Assembly (NCBI GenBank): GCA_001002285.1
Contig: LCLX01000002.1
Coordinates: 3,827-67,826 of the forward strand
Length of the DNA stretch: 64,000 nt
Origin: Microgenomates group bacterium GW2011_GWC1_46_15
Lineage (GTDB): Bacteria > Patescibacteriota > Microgenomatia > UBA1400 > UBA12028
Direction of reading: 5' to 3'
Shown: positions 45,956 through 57,144 of the stretch, in pieces
Layout: each line of letters opens with the position of its first letter
How positions within the stretch are numbered: position 1 is the first letter of the stretch
The notes under the pieces: generated by a model
Seen by the model: the letters and a program-made list of their open reading frames with translations, nothing else
Told to the model about the DNA's origin: nothing
The model's database searches: none
Program-made: the position numbers and the translations under genes

Positions 45956-47923
45956 ATGAACATTAAAGTACCATACACTTGGCTGAAAAATCACCTGAGT
46001 ACCGCTGTAAAAGCGGAGGAGTTCCAACGGCTTGTTTCGCTCTCCGGCCCTTCGGTGGAGCGGATTGAAACCGTCCGCAATGAACCCGTTTTGGATATTG
46101 AAGTAACAACCAACCGCATGGATACCGCATCGATCCGTGGAATTGCGCGCGAGGGAGCGGTGATTTTGAACCACGCGGGCAAGCGTTCCAGGCTTGTTGA
46201 CGTTCCAAAGTATGTGCCAAAAACAAATGAGATTGTGCGGAATGGCAAAGATTTTCCCATCCGCATCTCAGTTGATCACAAATTGTGTCCGCGTGTAACG
46301 GCGGTCATCATGTCCGTGAAAACAAATCATTCTCCGTCATGGTTGAGTACAAAACTTGAACAAGTGGATATTCGGTCACTCAATAATCTCATTGATATCA
46401 CAAACTATGTGATGATGGAAATCGGCCAGCCAACGCACGTGTTTGATGCCGACCGGCTTGGCTCGGTGCTCAATATCCGGGCTTCTAAAAAGGGCGAAAA
46501 GCTCACTACACTTGACGGAAAAACGCGCGTGTTGGCCGGCGGTGATATTGTCGCGGACAACGGCAAGGGAGAACTTGTTGATCTCATCGCGATTATGGGC
46601 ACCGCTAACAGCGTGGTAACAGAAAACACCAAGCGCATTTTGTTTTTCATTGAACACGCTGATCCCACCCGCATCCGCAAGACCTCAATGGGGCTGGCAA
46701 TCCGCACACAAGCAGCGCAGTTAAACGAAAAACAGCTCGATCCCAATCTTGTGATGGACGCGATGCTCCGCGGGATTCACCTATTCCAAGAAATCGCGGA
46801 TGGGGAACTGGAGTCGCCGATTCTTGACCTGTATCCGCATCCAGTGGAGAACACGACGATTACGCTCCCGCTTGCAAAAGTCCGCACATACCTTGGCATC
46901 GAGATTCCGGAAAAAACACAAGTTTCGATCTTGGAACAGCTTGGCTGCTCTGTCCGCGTAGAAGAAGGCATGCTCATCGTTACTATTCCAACGCTCCGGC
47001 CAGACTTAACAATCCCTGTTGATTTAATCGAGGAAATCGCGCGTATGTACGGCTACCACAACCTGCCAAGCGTGCTGATGGATACGCCAATTCCCACGCA
47101 GTATCCTGAGGAAACAAACTTTGCCAAAGAGCACGAGATGAAGTTGTTCTTAGCCGCACTTGGCTGGCAGGAGATCTATACGTACTCTACCGTTAGCGCA
47201 GAACTTGCCGCACAGTCCGGATACGTCGTGAAAGACCATGTGAAAATTCAAAATCCGCTGAACGACGACCACGTATACTTGCGCCGTTCGCTTATTCCGT
47301 CGCACGAAGAGATTATTCACCAAAACCGGCACCTCCCAAGCATGTCCGTGTTCGAACTTGCTAATACATACACTCCGCGGTGGCACAACATTCCGGAAGA
47401 AAAATTGCATCTTACACTTACGTCAACACAACCATTCCTTACAGTCAAAGGATATGCTGAGGCGGTGCTTGCAAAACTATATATTTTGCCCGAAAGCGTA
47501 ACGTATGTCCGAACATCTGATGCCTCCGCAAAAATTTTAATTGACAGACACGACGCAGGAATGATAAGTTTGCTTCCATCTGGCCATACCGCAGTAGATT
47601 TTATTTGGCCAGTATTGCTTGCGGCCGCGCGACGCAATCCTCAGTACGCACCCATTTCACAGTTCACCCCAATCATTGAGGATATGACACTTACATTACC
47701 AGAAAAAACAGAAGTTGCGCGTGTGCTTCAATCAATAAAAGTAGCTGAAAAGGCACTTTTATCAATTGAAGTGAAAGGTGTGTATAAACAGAATGTAACA
47801 TTTACGTTAAAATACGGTTTTCCAGACAAACAAATCACTTCTGAAGACGTTGCGCCCATGCGGAAAAGAATCGCGGAAACTGTTCAAAAACATCATCACG
47901 CCCAGTTTGTTGGGGCAGTATAG
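45956..47923 (+). CDS. pheT: Phenylalanine--tRNA ligase beta subunit (short; appears to lack the B2 domain)
   Basis: TTNRMD, IDITNYVM..GQPTHVFD, DLIEEIARMYGY, NPL. Confidence 0.95.
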   Translation: MNIKVPYTWLKNHLSTAVKAEEFQRLVSLSGPSVERIETVRNEPVLDIEVTTNRMDTASIRGIAREGAVILNHAGKRSRLVDVPKYVPKTNEIVRNGKDFPIRISVDHKLCPRVTAVIMSVKTNHSPSWLSTKLEQVDIRSLNNLIDITNYVMMEIGQPTHVFDADRLGSVLNIRASKKGEKLTTLDGKTRVLAGGDIVADNGKGELVDLIAIMGTANSVVTENTKRILFFIEHADPTRIRKTSMGLAIRTQAAQLNEKQLDPNLVMDAMLRGIHLFQEIADGELESPILDLYPHPVENTTITLPLAKVRTYLGIEIPEKTQVSILEQLGCSVRVEEGMLIVTIPTLRPDLTIPVDLIEEIARMYGYHNLPSVLMDTPIPTQYPEETNFAKEHEMKLFLAALGWQEIYTYSTVSAELAAQSGYVVKDHVKIQNPLNDDHVYLRRSLIPSHEEIIHQNRHLPSMSVFELANTYTPRWHNIPEEKLHLTLTSTQPFLTVKGYAEAVLAKLYILPESVTYVRTSDASAKILIDRHDAGMISLLPSGHTAVDFIWPVLLAAARRNPQYAPISQFTPIIEDMTLTLPEKTEVARVLQSIKVAEKALLSIEVKGVYKQNVTFTLKYGFPDKQITSEDVAPMRKRIAETVQKHHHAQFVGAV

Positions 47924-47931
47924 TATTCACT

Positions 47932-48420
47932 ATGCAGATCATACTTGGCATCGATCCCGGATACGACAGAATGGGATGGTGTGTGCTTCATAAAGACGGT
48001 AGCGTTCACCATATTTTGGCAAGTGGGTATGTGGAAACAAAAAAAACAGAGGATATGCACGTACGCTATGCCCAAATACAAGCTGGACTCGAAACAATTA
48101 TTACTGAGTACCATCCAACCGTATGCGCACTTGAAAATCTTTTCTTTGCAAAAAATGTTAAAACCGCGATGCGGGTAAGTGAGGCGCGCGGCATCATCAT
48201 GGGCGTGGTCATTCAACATACCATACCTGTAGTTGAGTACACGCCGAACCAAATCAAGTCGGCGCTCACTGGAAACGGCCACGCAACAAAAGCCGATATT
48301 GCGCGTATGATGAAGCTGTTGACAAAACGCAAAGAACTCCCGAAACTAGATGATGAGGTGGACGCGATCGCGGTCGCGCTCTGCCACAGCTACTCGGGAC
48401 GGATGAAAGGCATTGTATGA
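47932..48420 (+). CDS. ruvC: Holliday junction resolvase RuvC
   Basis: ILGIDPG, ENLFF.KN, GNGHATK, DDEVDAIAVA. Confidence 0.96.
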   Translation: MQIILGIDPGYDRMGWCVLHKDGSVHHILASGYVETKKTEDMHVRYAQIQAGLETIITEYHPTVCALENLFFAKNVKTAMRVSEARGIIMGVVIQHTIPVVEYTPNQIKSALTGNGHATKADIARMMKLLTKRKELPKLDDEVDAIAVALCHSYSGRMKGIV

Positions 48421-48986
48421 TCGCGCTTCTCACAGGAAAACCGCTTTGCACCGGGCAGGAATGCATTATGATGTGCGGTGGGGTGGGGTATGGCGTTCAC
48501 GTTGCGCCACATACGATTGACGCTCTTGTGGGCAAATCTGAGGCTACACTCCATATTCATACCCATGTACGCGAGGACGCGCTTCAGTTATTTGGCTTTC
48601 TCACCAGAGAAGAAAAGTACATGTTTGAGCTATTGTTGAGTGTTTCCGGGGTAGGACCAAAGACCGCTTTAGCCATTACAAACGGCTCTTCTGCAGATAT
48701 TGTTGATGCGATTCAAACAAATAACGTGTCATTTTTCACATCGTTTTCACGAGTGGGTAAGAAAGTTGCGCAAAAGATTATTATTGAACTCAAATCAAAA
48801 CTCGGCGGCATTGAGGATCTTGCATTGGGCGACGAAACACCGCACGTTTCGGACATCCGCGCCGCGCTCGAATCACTTGGATACTCAAAAATGGAAGTTT
48901 CGAAAGCACTACGGGCGATAAAACCAGAGGAAGTTTCTATTCAACAGGCTATTAAACAATCTGTACACATTTTGTCTGGTACATAA
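48417..48986 (+). CDS. ruvA: Holliday junction branch migration protein RuvA
   Basis: GVGY, HVREDA..LFGF, VSGVGPK, ALESLGY. Confidence 0.96.
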   Translation: MIALLTGKPLCTGQECIMMCGGVGYGVHVAPHTIDALVGKSEATLHIHTHVREDALQLFGFLTREEKYMFELLLSVSGVGPKTALAITNGSSADIVDAIQTNNVSFFTSFSRVGKKVAQKIIIELKSKLGGIEDLALGDETPHVSDIRAALESLGYSKMEVSKALRAIKPEEVSIQQAIKQSVHILSGT

Positions 48987-49007
48987 AGTGTTCGCGTGAA
49001 AGCATCT

Positions 49008-50030
49008 ATGAAAAGAAATATGAAAAAAATAATATCTGCAAAAGAAAACATCTCCGCTTCGACGCTTTCTTCCGCATCGCCAGAGGAAGAACTGCTGTTT
49101 ACATCGCTGCGCGCCTCAAGATGGGAAGATTTTTACGGGCAGGACCATATTAAAGAATCACTCCGCATCGCAATTGATGCCGCAAAAAAACGCAAAGAGG
49201 CAATGGATCACACGTTGTTGTACGGCCCGCCAGGCCTGGGGAAAACGACACTTTCGCACTTGATCGCCAAAGAAATGGGAAGCAACATCCGCATGACTTC
49301 CGGCACCGCGCTCTCAAAAGTGGGGGATTTAGCAGCCATTTTAACCAACCTTGAACCATTCGATGTCTTATTTATTGACGAAATTCACCGCCTGCCAAAG
49401 GCGATCGAAGAAACGCTCTACCCCGCGATGGAAGACTACGCGCTGGACATTGTGATCGGCAAAGGACCATCCGCACACACCATCCGCCTCGATCTGCCAA
49501 AGTTCACGCTTGTGGGGGCGACAACACGCCTTGGACTGCTTACCGGCCCATTCCGCGACCGGTTTGGTGTGGTACACCGCTTGGATTACTATCTTCCTCA
49601 CCGCCTCGCGCAAATTATCACAAAAGCGGCAAAAAAACTTGGCGTTCCCATTGATACCGACAGCGCCGAGTCCATTTCCAAACGCTCGCGCGGTACGCCG
49701 CGCATCGGATTGAAACTGCTCAAACGCATCCGCGACTACGCACAGGTCAAAGGCAACGGAAAAATCACCAAAGAAATGGTCGAGAAAGCGCTCGATTTAT
49801 TGAAAGTTGACACCATGGGGCTTGATGATAACGACCGCCGTCTCCTTGTGATGATGATCGAGAAACATGGCGGAGGACCCGTTGGCATTTCCACACTCGC
49901 CACGTCGCTGAATGAAGACCCCGGAACGATTGAAGAAGTGATCGAGCCATACCTCATTCAAATTGGTTTTATGAAACGCACCCCGCAGGGGAGAGTTGTA
50001 ACAGACGCGGCAAAGAAGCATTTGAAGTAA
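49008..50030 (+). CDS. ruvB: Holliday junction helicase RuvB (start uncertain)
   Basis: [27 protein letters not shown]. Confidence 0.97.
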   Translation: MKRNMKKIISAKENISASTLSSASPEEELLFTSLRASRWEDFYGQDHIKESLRIAIDAAKKRKEAMDHTLLYGPPGLGKTTLSHLIAKEMGSNIRMTSGTALSKVGDLAAILTNLEPFDVLFIDEIHRLPKAIEETLYPAMEDYALDIVIGKGPSAHTIRLDLPKFTLVGATTRLGLLTGPFRDRFGVVHRLDYYLPHRLAQIITKAAKKLGVPIDTDSAESISKRSRGTPRIGLKLLKRIRDYAQVKGNGKITKEMVEKALDLLKVDTMGLDDNDRRLLVMMIEKHGGGPVGISTLATSLNEDPGTIEEVIEPYLIQIGFMKRTPQGRVVTDAAKKHLK

Positions 50031-50079
50031 TTTGGCACAATGTTGCGAAATGTGGAAAAATATGGCAAGATGTGCGTAA

Positions 50080-51066
50080 ATGTTACGTTATCCACACACT
50101 CCTTCACCAAATCTTTATCAAGACATGCTCCAAACGATTCGTATACGCGCGGGAGTACTTCTTCAACTTCCTTCGCAAGAACATATCCGCACACATATCC
50201 TGAGTAGAAACATCATGAAAAGTTCCCTTTTTTCAGCAAGAATCGAGGGGAACACACTTACTTTGGAAACATTTAATCACTCTACTCCAACACTGTCACA
50301 AAAAAAACAAGAGGTTGTAAATATTTTAGATTGCCTCCAATCACTTTCCTTACTTCCATCCAAACTCACTCCCAAAGATATACTTACTCTTCATCGAAAA
50401 GTCATCCATAATCTCCCGGGGAAAACCGGATTTCGGACAGAAACAACAGCAGTCTTTGACCAATATGGCCAGGCGCGATACATTACTCCTCCACCCGCTG
50501 ATATGCGTACGATGCTGCGTATCTTTCTTAAACAAATCAATGAAAAACGCGATCTTGAGTCTGCACTTATCCATGCATTGTGCTCGCATTATTATTTCGA
50601 AAAAATTCACCCCTTTGTTGATGGAAACGGAAGAACAGGGCGCGTTCTTCTTCAATATCTCCTCTATAAACTTCATCTTTTCGGCGACCACGTACTCCCC
50701 ATCGAAGAATATCTTGAACATCATCGGCATACATATTATGCATTTCTTGAGAAAAATACTCGGGAAGTTTCAGAATTTGTTCGATTTATGCTTGATGGTT
50801 TACTATGGGCAATCAACACGACAATTGATGAGCTTGCACAAAGTGTGAATGTTCCACAACTGCCCCCCACTTCTTTACTTTCTCCTAGAAGGCAAGAGGT
50901 GCTTGCGATCATTAAAGATCATTCATTTATCTCGTTTGATACAATCGCCAGAAGGTTTCCTTCCATTCCCAAAAGAACTCTTTTCCATGATGTTGTTTAC
51001 CTCATACGCTGTGGAGTTGTGCAAAAATATGGTGTGACCCGGGGAGCGAGTTATTCTGCTGTATAA
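50080..51066 (+). CDS. Fic family protein with C-terminal wHTH
   Basis: SARIEGN inhibitory motif; HPFVDGNGRTGR. Confidence 0.9.
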   Translation: MLRYPHTPSPNLYQDMLQTIRIRAGVLLQLPSQEHIRTHILSRNIMKSSLFSARIEGNTLTLETFNHSTPTLSQKKQEVVNILDCLQSLSLLPSKLTPKDILTLHRKVIHNLPGKTGFRTETTAVFDQYGQARYITPPPADMRTMLRIFLKQINEKRDLESALIHALCSHYYFEKIHPFVDGNGRTGRVLLQYLLYKLHLFGDHVLPIEEYLEHHRHTYYAFLEKNTREVSEFVRFMLDGLLWAINTTIDELAQSVNVPQLPPTSLLSPRRQEVLAIIKDHSFISFDTIARRFPSIPKRTLFHDVVYLIRCGVVQKYGVTRGASYSAV

Positions 51067-51132
51067 AAAAGTGGAATTTCATTGACATATTCGCTTTTCT
51101 TGATACAATTCTCTTAAAATTATTGGAGGAAG

Positions 51133-51501
51133 ATGACAGTAGAAGACGCCGAAAGATTTGCGTTAGAACAAGCGGCAATTGAGAGTGAGGAGAAACGCAG
51201 AGATGCCGATCTTTTCCTTCTCTTGCTACGAGGAGCCGAGCGTGTAAAATCACTTTCTCTCACTCCCAGAGTATTTGAACAATATCTTAAAAAACTTTTG
51301 CGTAATACTGATCCAAAAAAGGGTTCTCAATGGGGTATTACGTCATACGAAGAGCTGCCAATACCACATACTCAAGATCTTAAAAAAGAATATGCAATAT
51401 TTTTCGAATTAAGTGATAGACCGTATATGGTGTGGGTTCAAAGAGATCTTTATAAACGCAACCGTAAAATTATCTACTATCCTGATATAAAACCTTCTTA
51501 A
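51133..51501 (+). CDS. Hypothetical protein
   Basis: Own TTGACA...TACAAT promoter and SD GGAG. Confidence 0.6.
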   Translation: MTVEDAERFALEQAAIESEEKRRDADLFLLLLRGAERVKSLSLTPRVFEQYLKKLLRNTDPKKGSQWGITSYEELPIPHTQDLKKEYAIFFELSDRPYMVWVQRDLYKRNRKIIYYPDIKPS

Positions 51502-51541
51502 ATAGCAAAGCCTTGCTTGACATTGCACAATGTCGTATTTC

Positions 51542-54241
51542 CTACGTTGGGTTTGGCGTGGGTGTTGGACTCGGCGTAGGAGTTGGACTGGGCGTCGGCG
51601 CTGGAGCTTCCCAGTGTGTTCCGCCGGTTCCAATGCGTACATCGCCGGTTTGGCCGGTTTTTCCATCTTTACGCACGCTCTTGGCATACAGCGTGTACCG
51701 CCCCGCGGGCAATGATATTGTTGTGGTATATGGCTTGCCGGTCAGTGTTTCGCGCCTGTCTCCGTTCACCCAAATTTCCACGTGATCAATGTCGCCGTCA
51801 GATACTGTTTCTACCTCAACCGAAACAGAAGTTCCTGGAATATCGGTGTGATCCTGCGGATTCTTCATATTGATCCATACCTCATCTTTCGAGCTGCACA
51901 GCTGCGTTGGCGGACGGTACTTCCCCTGTTGATCGGCGGCGAGTGAGCCGATCCACGTATCAATACCATCCTGCCACCGGTTTTTGCCATCGCGGCTCAC
52001 AGGATCGGTTTCTTTCAACACAACAAACTCTTTTTCATCATAGTTATTGCGTTGAATATCAACATCGGTTGCCAAGTTTCCTTCACCTTTGCACGTTTTG
52101 ATTTTTGCGTGAATGGGATCGGGCAAAGAGGGAAGCGTTGCGGGCAGAACATAGTCCGCAACCTCCGGGTATCCATCGTGCGCCGGATACCCAGAAATGG
52201 CATCAACCCGCACAGCTTCTACACCAGGAGGAACGGCCCAATCGTCCACTTTGCGCCCCTCCGCGATTGCTTCATTCATGATTTTGCGCCAAATCGGCGA
52301 GGCGCCTGTTACACCCGAAGCGACGTTGGTCATTTCCGTGTTGTCGTTGTTGCCCACCCATACGCCAACCATCGTTGACCGGCTCCATCCAATCGTCCAG
52401 TTATCTTTTCTGTTGTTTGTGGTACCAGTTTTGACTGCAACCGCCCTCTCGCTAAAGTTCAAGAGCGAGTTGGGTCCGAACGTGAGTTGGCGCGCCGAGT
52501 TATCCGACAAAATATGGTTGATTAAAAACGCTTCTTCTGGTGTCATCACTTGTTTCCCCTTTACTGATTTTTGCTCGAACAGTTTTTTTCCGTTGCGGTC
52601 CTCAACTTTTAAAAGAGAAATGGGCTGGACGCGTGTGCCGCCATTGGCAAATGCGCTGTACGCGGTTACTGTATCAATCAAATGAATCTCGCCGCCACCC
52701 AGCGTGACGGACAACCCAAATCGCCGCTGGTTTTCCACCGTTGGCGCGAGCGTTGCAAATCCCATGTCGTTGGCAGTCGTCAACATCGTGTTCACTCCAA
52801 CCAATGCGAGCATCTTGACCGCGGGAAGGTTCAATGAGCTTGCCAGCGCCGTGCGCAAGGATACTGGCCCGTGAAACTTACCATCGTAGTTTTGCGGTTC
52901 GTAATCTTTTAGATTTTCACCGCCGGGGAATGTTGTTGGCGCGTCCATAATCATCGAGGCTGGCGTGTATCCTTTGCGCAAAGCGGTTAAGTAGGTAACC
53001 GGTTTAATCGAAGACCCGGGCTGGCGTAAACCATCCACCGCAACGTTGAACTGCCCATCATAGTCTTTCGCAAAAAAGTCTTTGCTCCCCACCATCGCTA
53101 AAATCTCACCCGTGTTTGGATCCATCACCACCGCCGAACCGTTCGTAATGTGAAACTTTTCAACCTTATCAATTTCATCCTTCACAATCTGCTGCGCTTT
53201 TTCCTGGAACGGCAGGTCCAGCGTTGTCGTCACCTTCAAACCGCCTTGATCAACAACATCCGGTCCATACATATCTTCCAATAGCGACTTGACGTAAAAC
53301 ACAAAATGCGGCGCCTTAATCAACGAGGTTTGCTTTTGGAACTGGATGTACGGCAACTGCGCAACCGCCTCTTTTTCCAGGCCTGTGGTGATGTATCCAT
53401 CTTCACGCATACGCCGTAATACACCTTTTGCGCGGACCCGCCAAAGCGGGGTGCCGTCGGTGTCATTTTTTCCGATAAACGGAGAGTACGAACTTGGCCG
53501 TTGGGGCAATCCTGCTAAAATCGCGGACTCCACCAGCGTTAAATCTTTCACGGGTTTGCTGAAGTATACTTCGGACGCCGCGCCGACTCCCGCCGCGGTA
53601 CCGCCATACGGTGCTTCGTTCAAGTACATCAGCAAAATCTGGTCTTTGCTAAACCGCTTCTCAATCGCAAGCGACAACACAAATTCTTTAAACTTTCGTG
53701 TAATCGTGCGCTCGGAACTCAATAATACGGTTTTGACTAACTGTTGCGTAAGCGTAGAGCCGCCGACAACGCGCTGCTTCACAATAATGTTCCAGACAAT
53801 ACGGAGTGGCGTGAGTGGATCAACGCCGGCGTGTTTGTAAAAATCCTTGTCTTCAATTGCCACGGTTGCTTCACGCAAATATGGTGGAATCTGGTCAAAT
53901 GTTACAGGAATGCGGCGTTCGTTGGAGTATAGGTCATACAACAGATTGCTATTGCGGTCATATATGCGGGTGCTAAAGCCTTTTTGCCGCACTACGCTAT
54001 CTGGAGTGGGAAGCGTGCGCGCGTACCAGGCAAACGCAACGAAAAAAATAAGAATACCGCCTACGGTGAGGCCAAAGAGCGAAAGCGCAAGAATGCGGAA
54101 AAATTTTGCTTTGTTCCAGCCGCGTTTTCCCCACTTGCCAAAAATCCCAGCCCCACCAAAAGAACGGCTAAAAAGTGATGGACCACCAAAATGTAAACGG
54201 GAACTGCGGCGCCTTTGCCAAAGTGAGTGCCAGGGATTCAT
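51542..54241 (-). CDS. Class A penicillin-binding protein (PBP1A family) with Ig-like domain and Pro/Thr tail
   Basis: EDKDFY, GGSTLTQQL, SSIK, SLN, KTGT. Confidence 0.93.
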   Translation of the reverse strand: MNPWHSLWQRRRSSRLHFGGPSLFSRSFGGAGIFGKWGKRGWNKAKFFRILALSLFGLTVGGILIFFVAFAWYARTLPTPDSVVRQKGFSTRIYDRNSNLLYDLYSNERRIPVTFDQIPPYLREATVAIEDKDFYKHAGVDPLTPLRIVWNIIVKQRVVGGSTLTQQLVKTVLLSSERTITRKFKEFVLSLAIEKRFSKDQILLMYLNEAPYGGTAAGVGAASEVYFSKPVKDLTLVESAILAGLPQRPSSYSPFIGKNDTDGTPLWRVRAKGVLRRMREDGYITTGLEKEAVAQLPYIQFQKQTSLIKAPHFVFYVKSLLEDMYGPDVVDQGGLKVTTTLDLPFQEKAQQIVKDEIDKVEKFHITNGSAVVMDPNTGEILAMVGSKDFFAKDYDGQFNVAVDGLRQPGSSIKPVTYLTALRKGYTPASMIMDAPTTFPGGENLKDYEPQNYDGKFHGPVSLRTALASSLNLPAVKMLALVGVNTMLTTANDMGFATLAPTVENQRRFGLSVTLGGGEIHLIDTVTAYSAFANGGTRVQPISLLKVEDRNGKKLFEQKSVKGKQVMTPEEAFLINHILSDNSARQLTFGPNSLLNFSERAVAVKTGTTNNRKDNWTIGWSRSTMVGVWVGNNDNTEMTNVASGVTGASPIWRKIMNEAIAEGRKVDDWAVPPGVEAVRVDAISGYPAHDGYPEVADYVLPATLPSLPDPIHAKIKTCKGEGNLATDVDIQRNNYDEKEFVVLKETDPVSRDGKNRWQDGIDTWIGSLAADQQGKYRPPTQLCSSKDEVWINMKNPQDHTDIPGTSVSVEVETVSDGDIDHVEIWVNGDRRETLTGKPYTTTISLPAGRYTLYAKSVRKDGKTGQTGDVRIGTGGTHWEAPAPTPSPTPTPSPTPTPNPT

Positions 54242-54285
54242 GGAAATAGTATATCCGTATAGTGTAGAATCAGACAAGAGGAGCT

Positions 54286-55482
54286 ATGCATCGCACACCA
54301 TACACTATTGATGAAGTTCTATCCCGTGGGGTTGAGCAGGTTTTGCCGTCTGCGGATGGGCTCGCCGCGCTTATGGGAAAGAAAAAAATCACGTTGTACC
54401 TTGGAATTGACCCGACCGGTAACCAACTCCATCTCGGTCATTCTGTTGTGTTGCGCAAGCTTCAGCAGTTTGCCGACCTGGGCCACAATGTCATTTTGCT
54501 CATTGGAAACGGCACCGTCAAAATTGGCGATCCAACCGGAAAAGATAAAACCCGTCCTATGCTCACAGAAGAGCAGATCGAGGAACACTTCAAAACATGG
54601 AAAGCGCAGGCATCAAAAGTATTGAACTTTGACACGATTGAGATTAGGCGCAATGGCGACTGGCTCGACAAACTGACGTTTCCGCAAATCGTAAAGTTGT
54701 TGGCTACAACTACCGTCCAGCAACTGTTGGAACGCGATATGTTCCAGGAACGCATCAAAAAAGGGTTACCCATTTTTACGCATGAACTCATTTACCCTCT
54801 TTTACAAGGGTACGACTCTGTTGTGATGGATGTGGACTTGGAAATTGGCGGCAATGACCAAACGTTTAACATGTTAGTTGGCCGGCATCTGCAGGAAGTC
54901 ATGAATCACCGAGACAAGTTTGTGCTGTCGTGCAAACTGCTTGTTGGGAGTGACGGCAACAAAATGGGCAAGTCGCTTGGCAACTTTATCTCACTCATGG
55001 AAACGCCGGAAAATATGTTTGGCAAGCTCATGTCAATTGTTGACGCCGTCATTCCCGAGTACTTTGAGTTGCTCACCGACGTTCCTTCTGCTGAGATTGC
55101 CACGATCCGCAAACAGTTGGCCGATGGTTCGGTGAATCCGATAGAGCTTAAAAAGAAACTCGCGCTCACGATCACCGCGATGCTCAATGGGGAAGCGGCG
55201 GCAAAATACGCGCATGAATTTTTTGAAAAAACGGTGCAGAACAAAGAGACGCCTGAACATCTTTTAAAGCTCCCAAATCCTCCACTAAACTCTTCTGCAA
55301 CTGTTCTTGATTACGCAATGGGAACAGCCATCCCGCAAAGTAAAACCGAAGCCAGGAGAACAATAGAACAAGGCGGTTTTAGCATTGATAATAAAAAATA
55401 TATAGATCCTTCGCAAATTCCAGAGGTTGTTCCAAATTCGTCTACTGTAAAGTACGGAAAAAGGGGAATATTTAAAATCTAA
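54286..55482 (+). CDS. tyrS: Tyrosine--tRNA ligase
   Basis: GIDPTG..LHLGH, YPLLQGYD, KMGKS. Confidence 0.97.
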   Translation: MHRTPYTIDEVLSRGVEQVLPSADGLAALMGKKKITLYLGIDPTGNQLHLGHSVVLRKLQQFADLGHNVILLIGNGTVKIGDPTGKDKTRPMLTEEQIEEHFKTWKAQASKVLNFDTIEIRRNGDWLDKLTFPQIVKLLATTTVQQLLERDMFQERIKKGLPIFTHELIYPLLQGYDSVVMDVDLEIGGNDQTFNMLVGRHLQEVMNHRDKFVLSCKLLVGSDGNKMGKSLGNFISLMETPENMFGKLMSIVDAVIPEYFELLTDVPSAEIATIRKQLADGSVNPIELKKKLALTITAMLNGEAAAKYAHEFFEKTVQNKETPEHLLKLPNPPLNSSATVLDYAMGTAIPQSKTEARRTIEQGGFSIDNKKYIDPSQIPEVVPNSSTVKYGKRGIFKI

Positions 55483-55484
55483 CT

Positions 55485-55586
55485 ATGTACTCTAAAAAAG
55501 GCAGACGCATTGCATTGATTATCTTTATTATCGTTGCACTTACGATGATTTTAAGCGGGCTTGCGCAGGGATTTTTGTTTTTTTAA
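55485..55586 (+). CDS. Small single-TM protein (33 aa)
   Basis: MYSKKGRRIALIIFIIVALTMILSGLAQGFLFF, starting 2 nt after tyrS. Confidence 0.5.
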   Translation: MYSKKGRRIALIIFIIVALTMILSGLAQGFLFF

Positions 55587-55650
55587 TCGGGAAGATTTTT
55601 CAATCCATATAGTGTAGACATTCTGCAAAAGTTGCTCTGCTCGCTCAAAA

Positions 55651-56475
55651 TCATTGTTTCTTGGCATGCCGTAATTCCTCAATATGTGCGTAGTATTGTT
55701 GTGTGGCATTCTCAATATGTTTTTGATCTCCCACATATATGATTGCTCTTGATATTGTCATGATCAATCCGTTTTTCTTTGCATTTAATCCCGCGTGAAG
55801 TATGCGTTGAAGATTTCCACCCTGCGCACCAACTCCCGGAACGAGAATCATCATGTCTCCAACGATGTTCCGCACTTTTTCAAGTTCGCTCGGGTACGTT
55901 GCACCAACAACAAGCATACAGTTTTTGTTGGTATTCCAGCGTTTTGCTACATTTCGAGCAACGCGAAGATACAATGATCCGTTGCGCATACCATAGACAT
56001 CCTGAAACTCGCCGGCGCCAGGATTTGATGTTCGGCACAACACAATACACGCTTTATCTTTTCTCTCTAAAAAAGGCTGCAGAGCCTGTTTACCCAAATA
56101 TGGATTGAGTGTAATTGCATCTACACCAAGATACTCAAACGCAAACTTCACAGAACCTGCGTTTGTTGAATCAATGTCACCGCGTTTTGCGTCCAAAATG
56201 ATCGGGATATCCGGATGTTTTTTATGGAGAAATGCGCATGTGTCGTGCAGTTGTTGTATTCCATGCGCACCGAATGCTTCATAAAATGCGCTGTTCAGTT
56301 TATATGCACAAACATAGTGATGTGTCGCACTAATCACCATCACATTAAAATCAAAAAGAGGGGTCTTTGATGAATGAAATTTTTTCGGCATTGATTGAAG
56401 GTCAGGATCGAGACCAACACAAAGCAAAGAATGTGCTTTTTTCATTCGCCGTTCAATGCGCTGCATCGCTGTCAT
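55651..56475 (-). CDS. pyrF: Orotidine-5'-phosphate decarboxylase
   Basis: LCVGLDP, DAKRGDI, RTSNPG, VVGAT, PGVGAQGG. Confidence 0.95.
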   Translation of the reverse strand: MTAMQRIERRMKKAHSLLCVGLDPDLQSMPKKFHSSKTPLFDFNVMVISATHHYVCAYKLNSAFYEAFGAHGIQQLHDTCAFLHKKHPDIPIILDAKRGDIDSTNAGSVKFAFEYLGVDAITLNPYLGKQALQPFLERKDKACIVLCRTSNPGAGEFQDVYGMRNGSLYLRVARNVAKRWNTNKNCMLVVGATYPSELEKVRNIVGDMMILVPGVGAQGGNLQRILHAGLNAKKNGLIMTISRAIIYVGDQKHIENATQQYYAHIEELRHAKKQ

Positions 56476-57080
56476 ACGTGTTCCAAGTATTCAAGCAGTT
56501 TTTTTTCAACTGTTTTCGTGATTTTTTTCTTTGTAACGAGTACTCTGAGAAGTTCTTTTAATGTACACAGCGGATGAAGCGCAATGCCGTGCTTCGCAAG
56601 TTCTTTTTTTCCTCCCTGCTCGCGGTCGAGGACAACAACAACATCGGATACACGTAGCCCAACCGCTTTTAGTTCATCAATCGCTTCAAGTTTACTCGTA
56701 GCCGCAGTGATTAAATCGTCAATTACAAGAACTTTTTGATTTTTAGAGAAGACCCCATCCACTTTGACTCCAAGTCCATGTTTTTTGCTTTGCATCCGCG
56801 GCAAAATATGCGGAGTGTTCGATATAAGTGAAAATGCAACGCCAAGCGGAAAAGCCCCAAGCGGAATACCTGCAACGAGGTCGTAGTGGAGTTTTTGTTT
56901 TTTTGCGAGCACGTACATCATGTTTGCAATGTCTTTGAGTACTAGGGGAAATGACTGAAGTGCGCGAAGGTTTATATAAATTGGTGACCATGAACCATCC
57001 TTCAGTATCCACCCTTTATTGAAATCGATTTTTACCGCACCAATGGTGTAAAATTGCAAAATAAGTGAAGAAGGTGTCAT
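56472..57080 (-). CDS. pyrE: Orotate phosphoribosyltransferase
   Basis: LKDGSWSPIYINLR, KKHG, VIDDLIT, LDREQGG. Confidence 0.92.
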   Translation of the reverse strand: MTPSSLILQFYTIGAVKIDFNKGWILKDGSWSPIYINLRALQSFPLVLKDIANMMYVLAKKQKLHYDLVAGIPLGAFPLGVAFSLISNTPHILPRMQSKKHGLGVKVDGVFSKNQKVLVIDDLITAATSKLEAIDELKAVGLRVSDVVVVLDREQGGKKELAKHGIALHPLCTLKELLRVLVTKKKITKTVEKKLLEYLEHV

Positions 57081-57144
57081 GAAAAGCCTCCCGCTATTGT
57101 AACGGCGAGAGGAGCGGGAATGCAAGATGTTCTACAATACATCC

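Noticed and set aside
51545-51605. Tandem DNA repeat
   Set aside because: It encodes the Pro/Thr/Ser tail of the PBP; ordinary low complexity.
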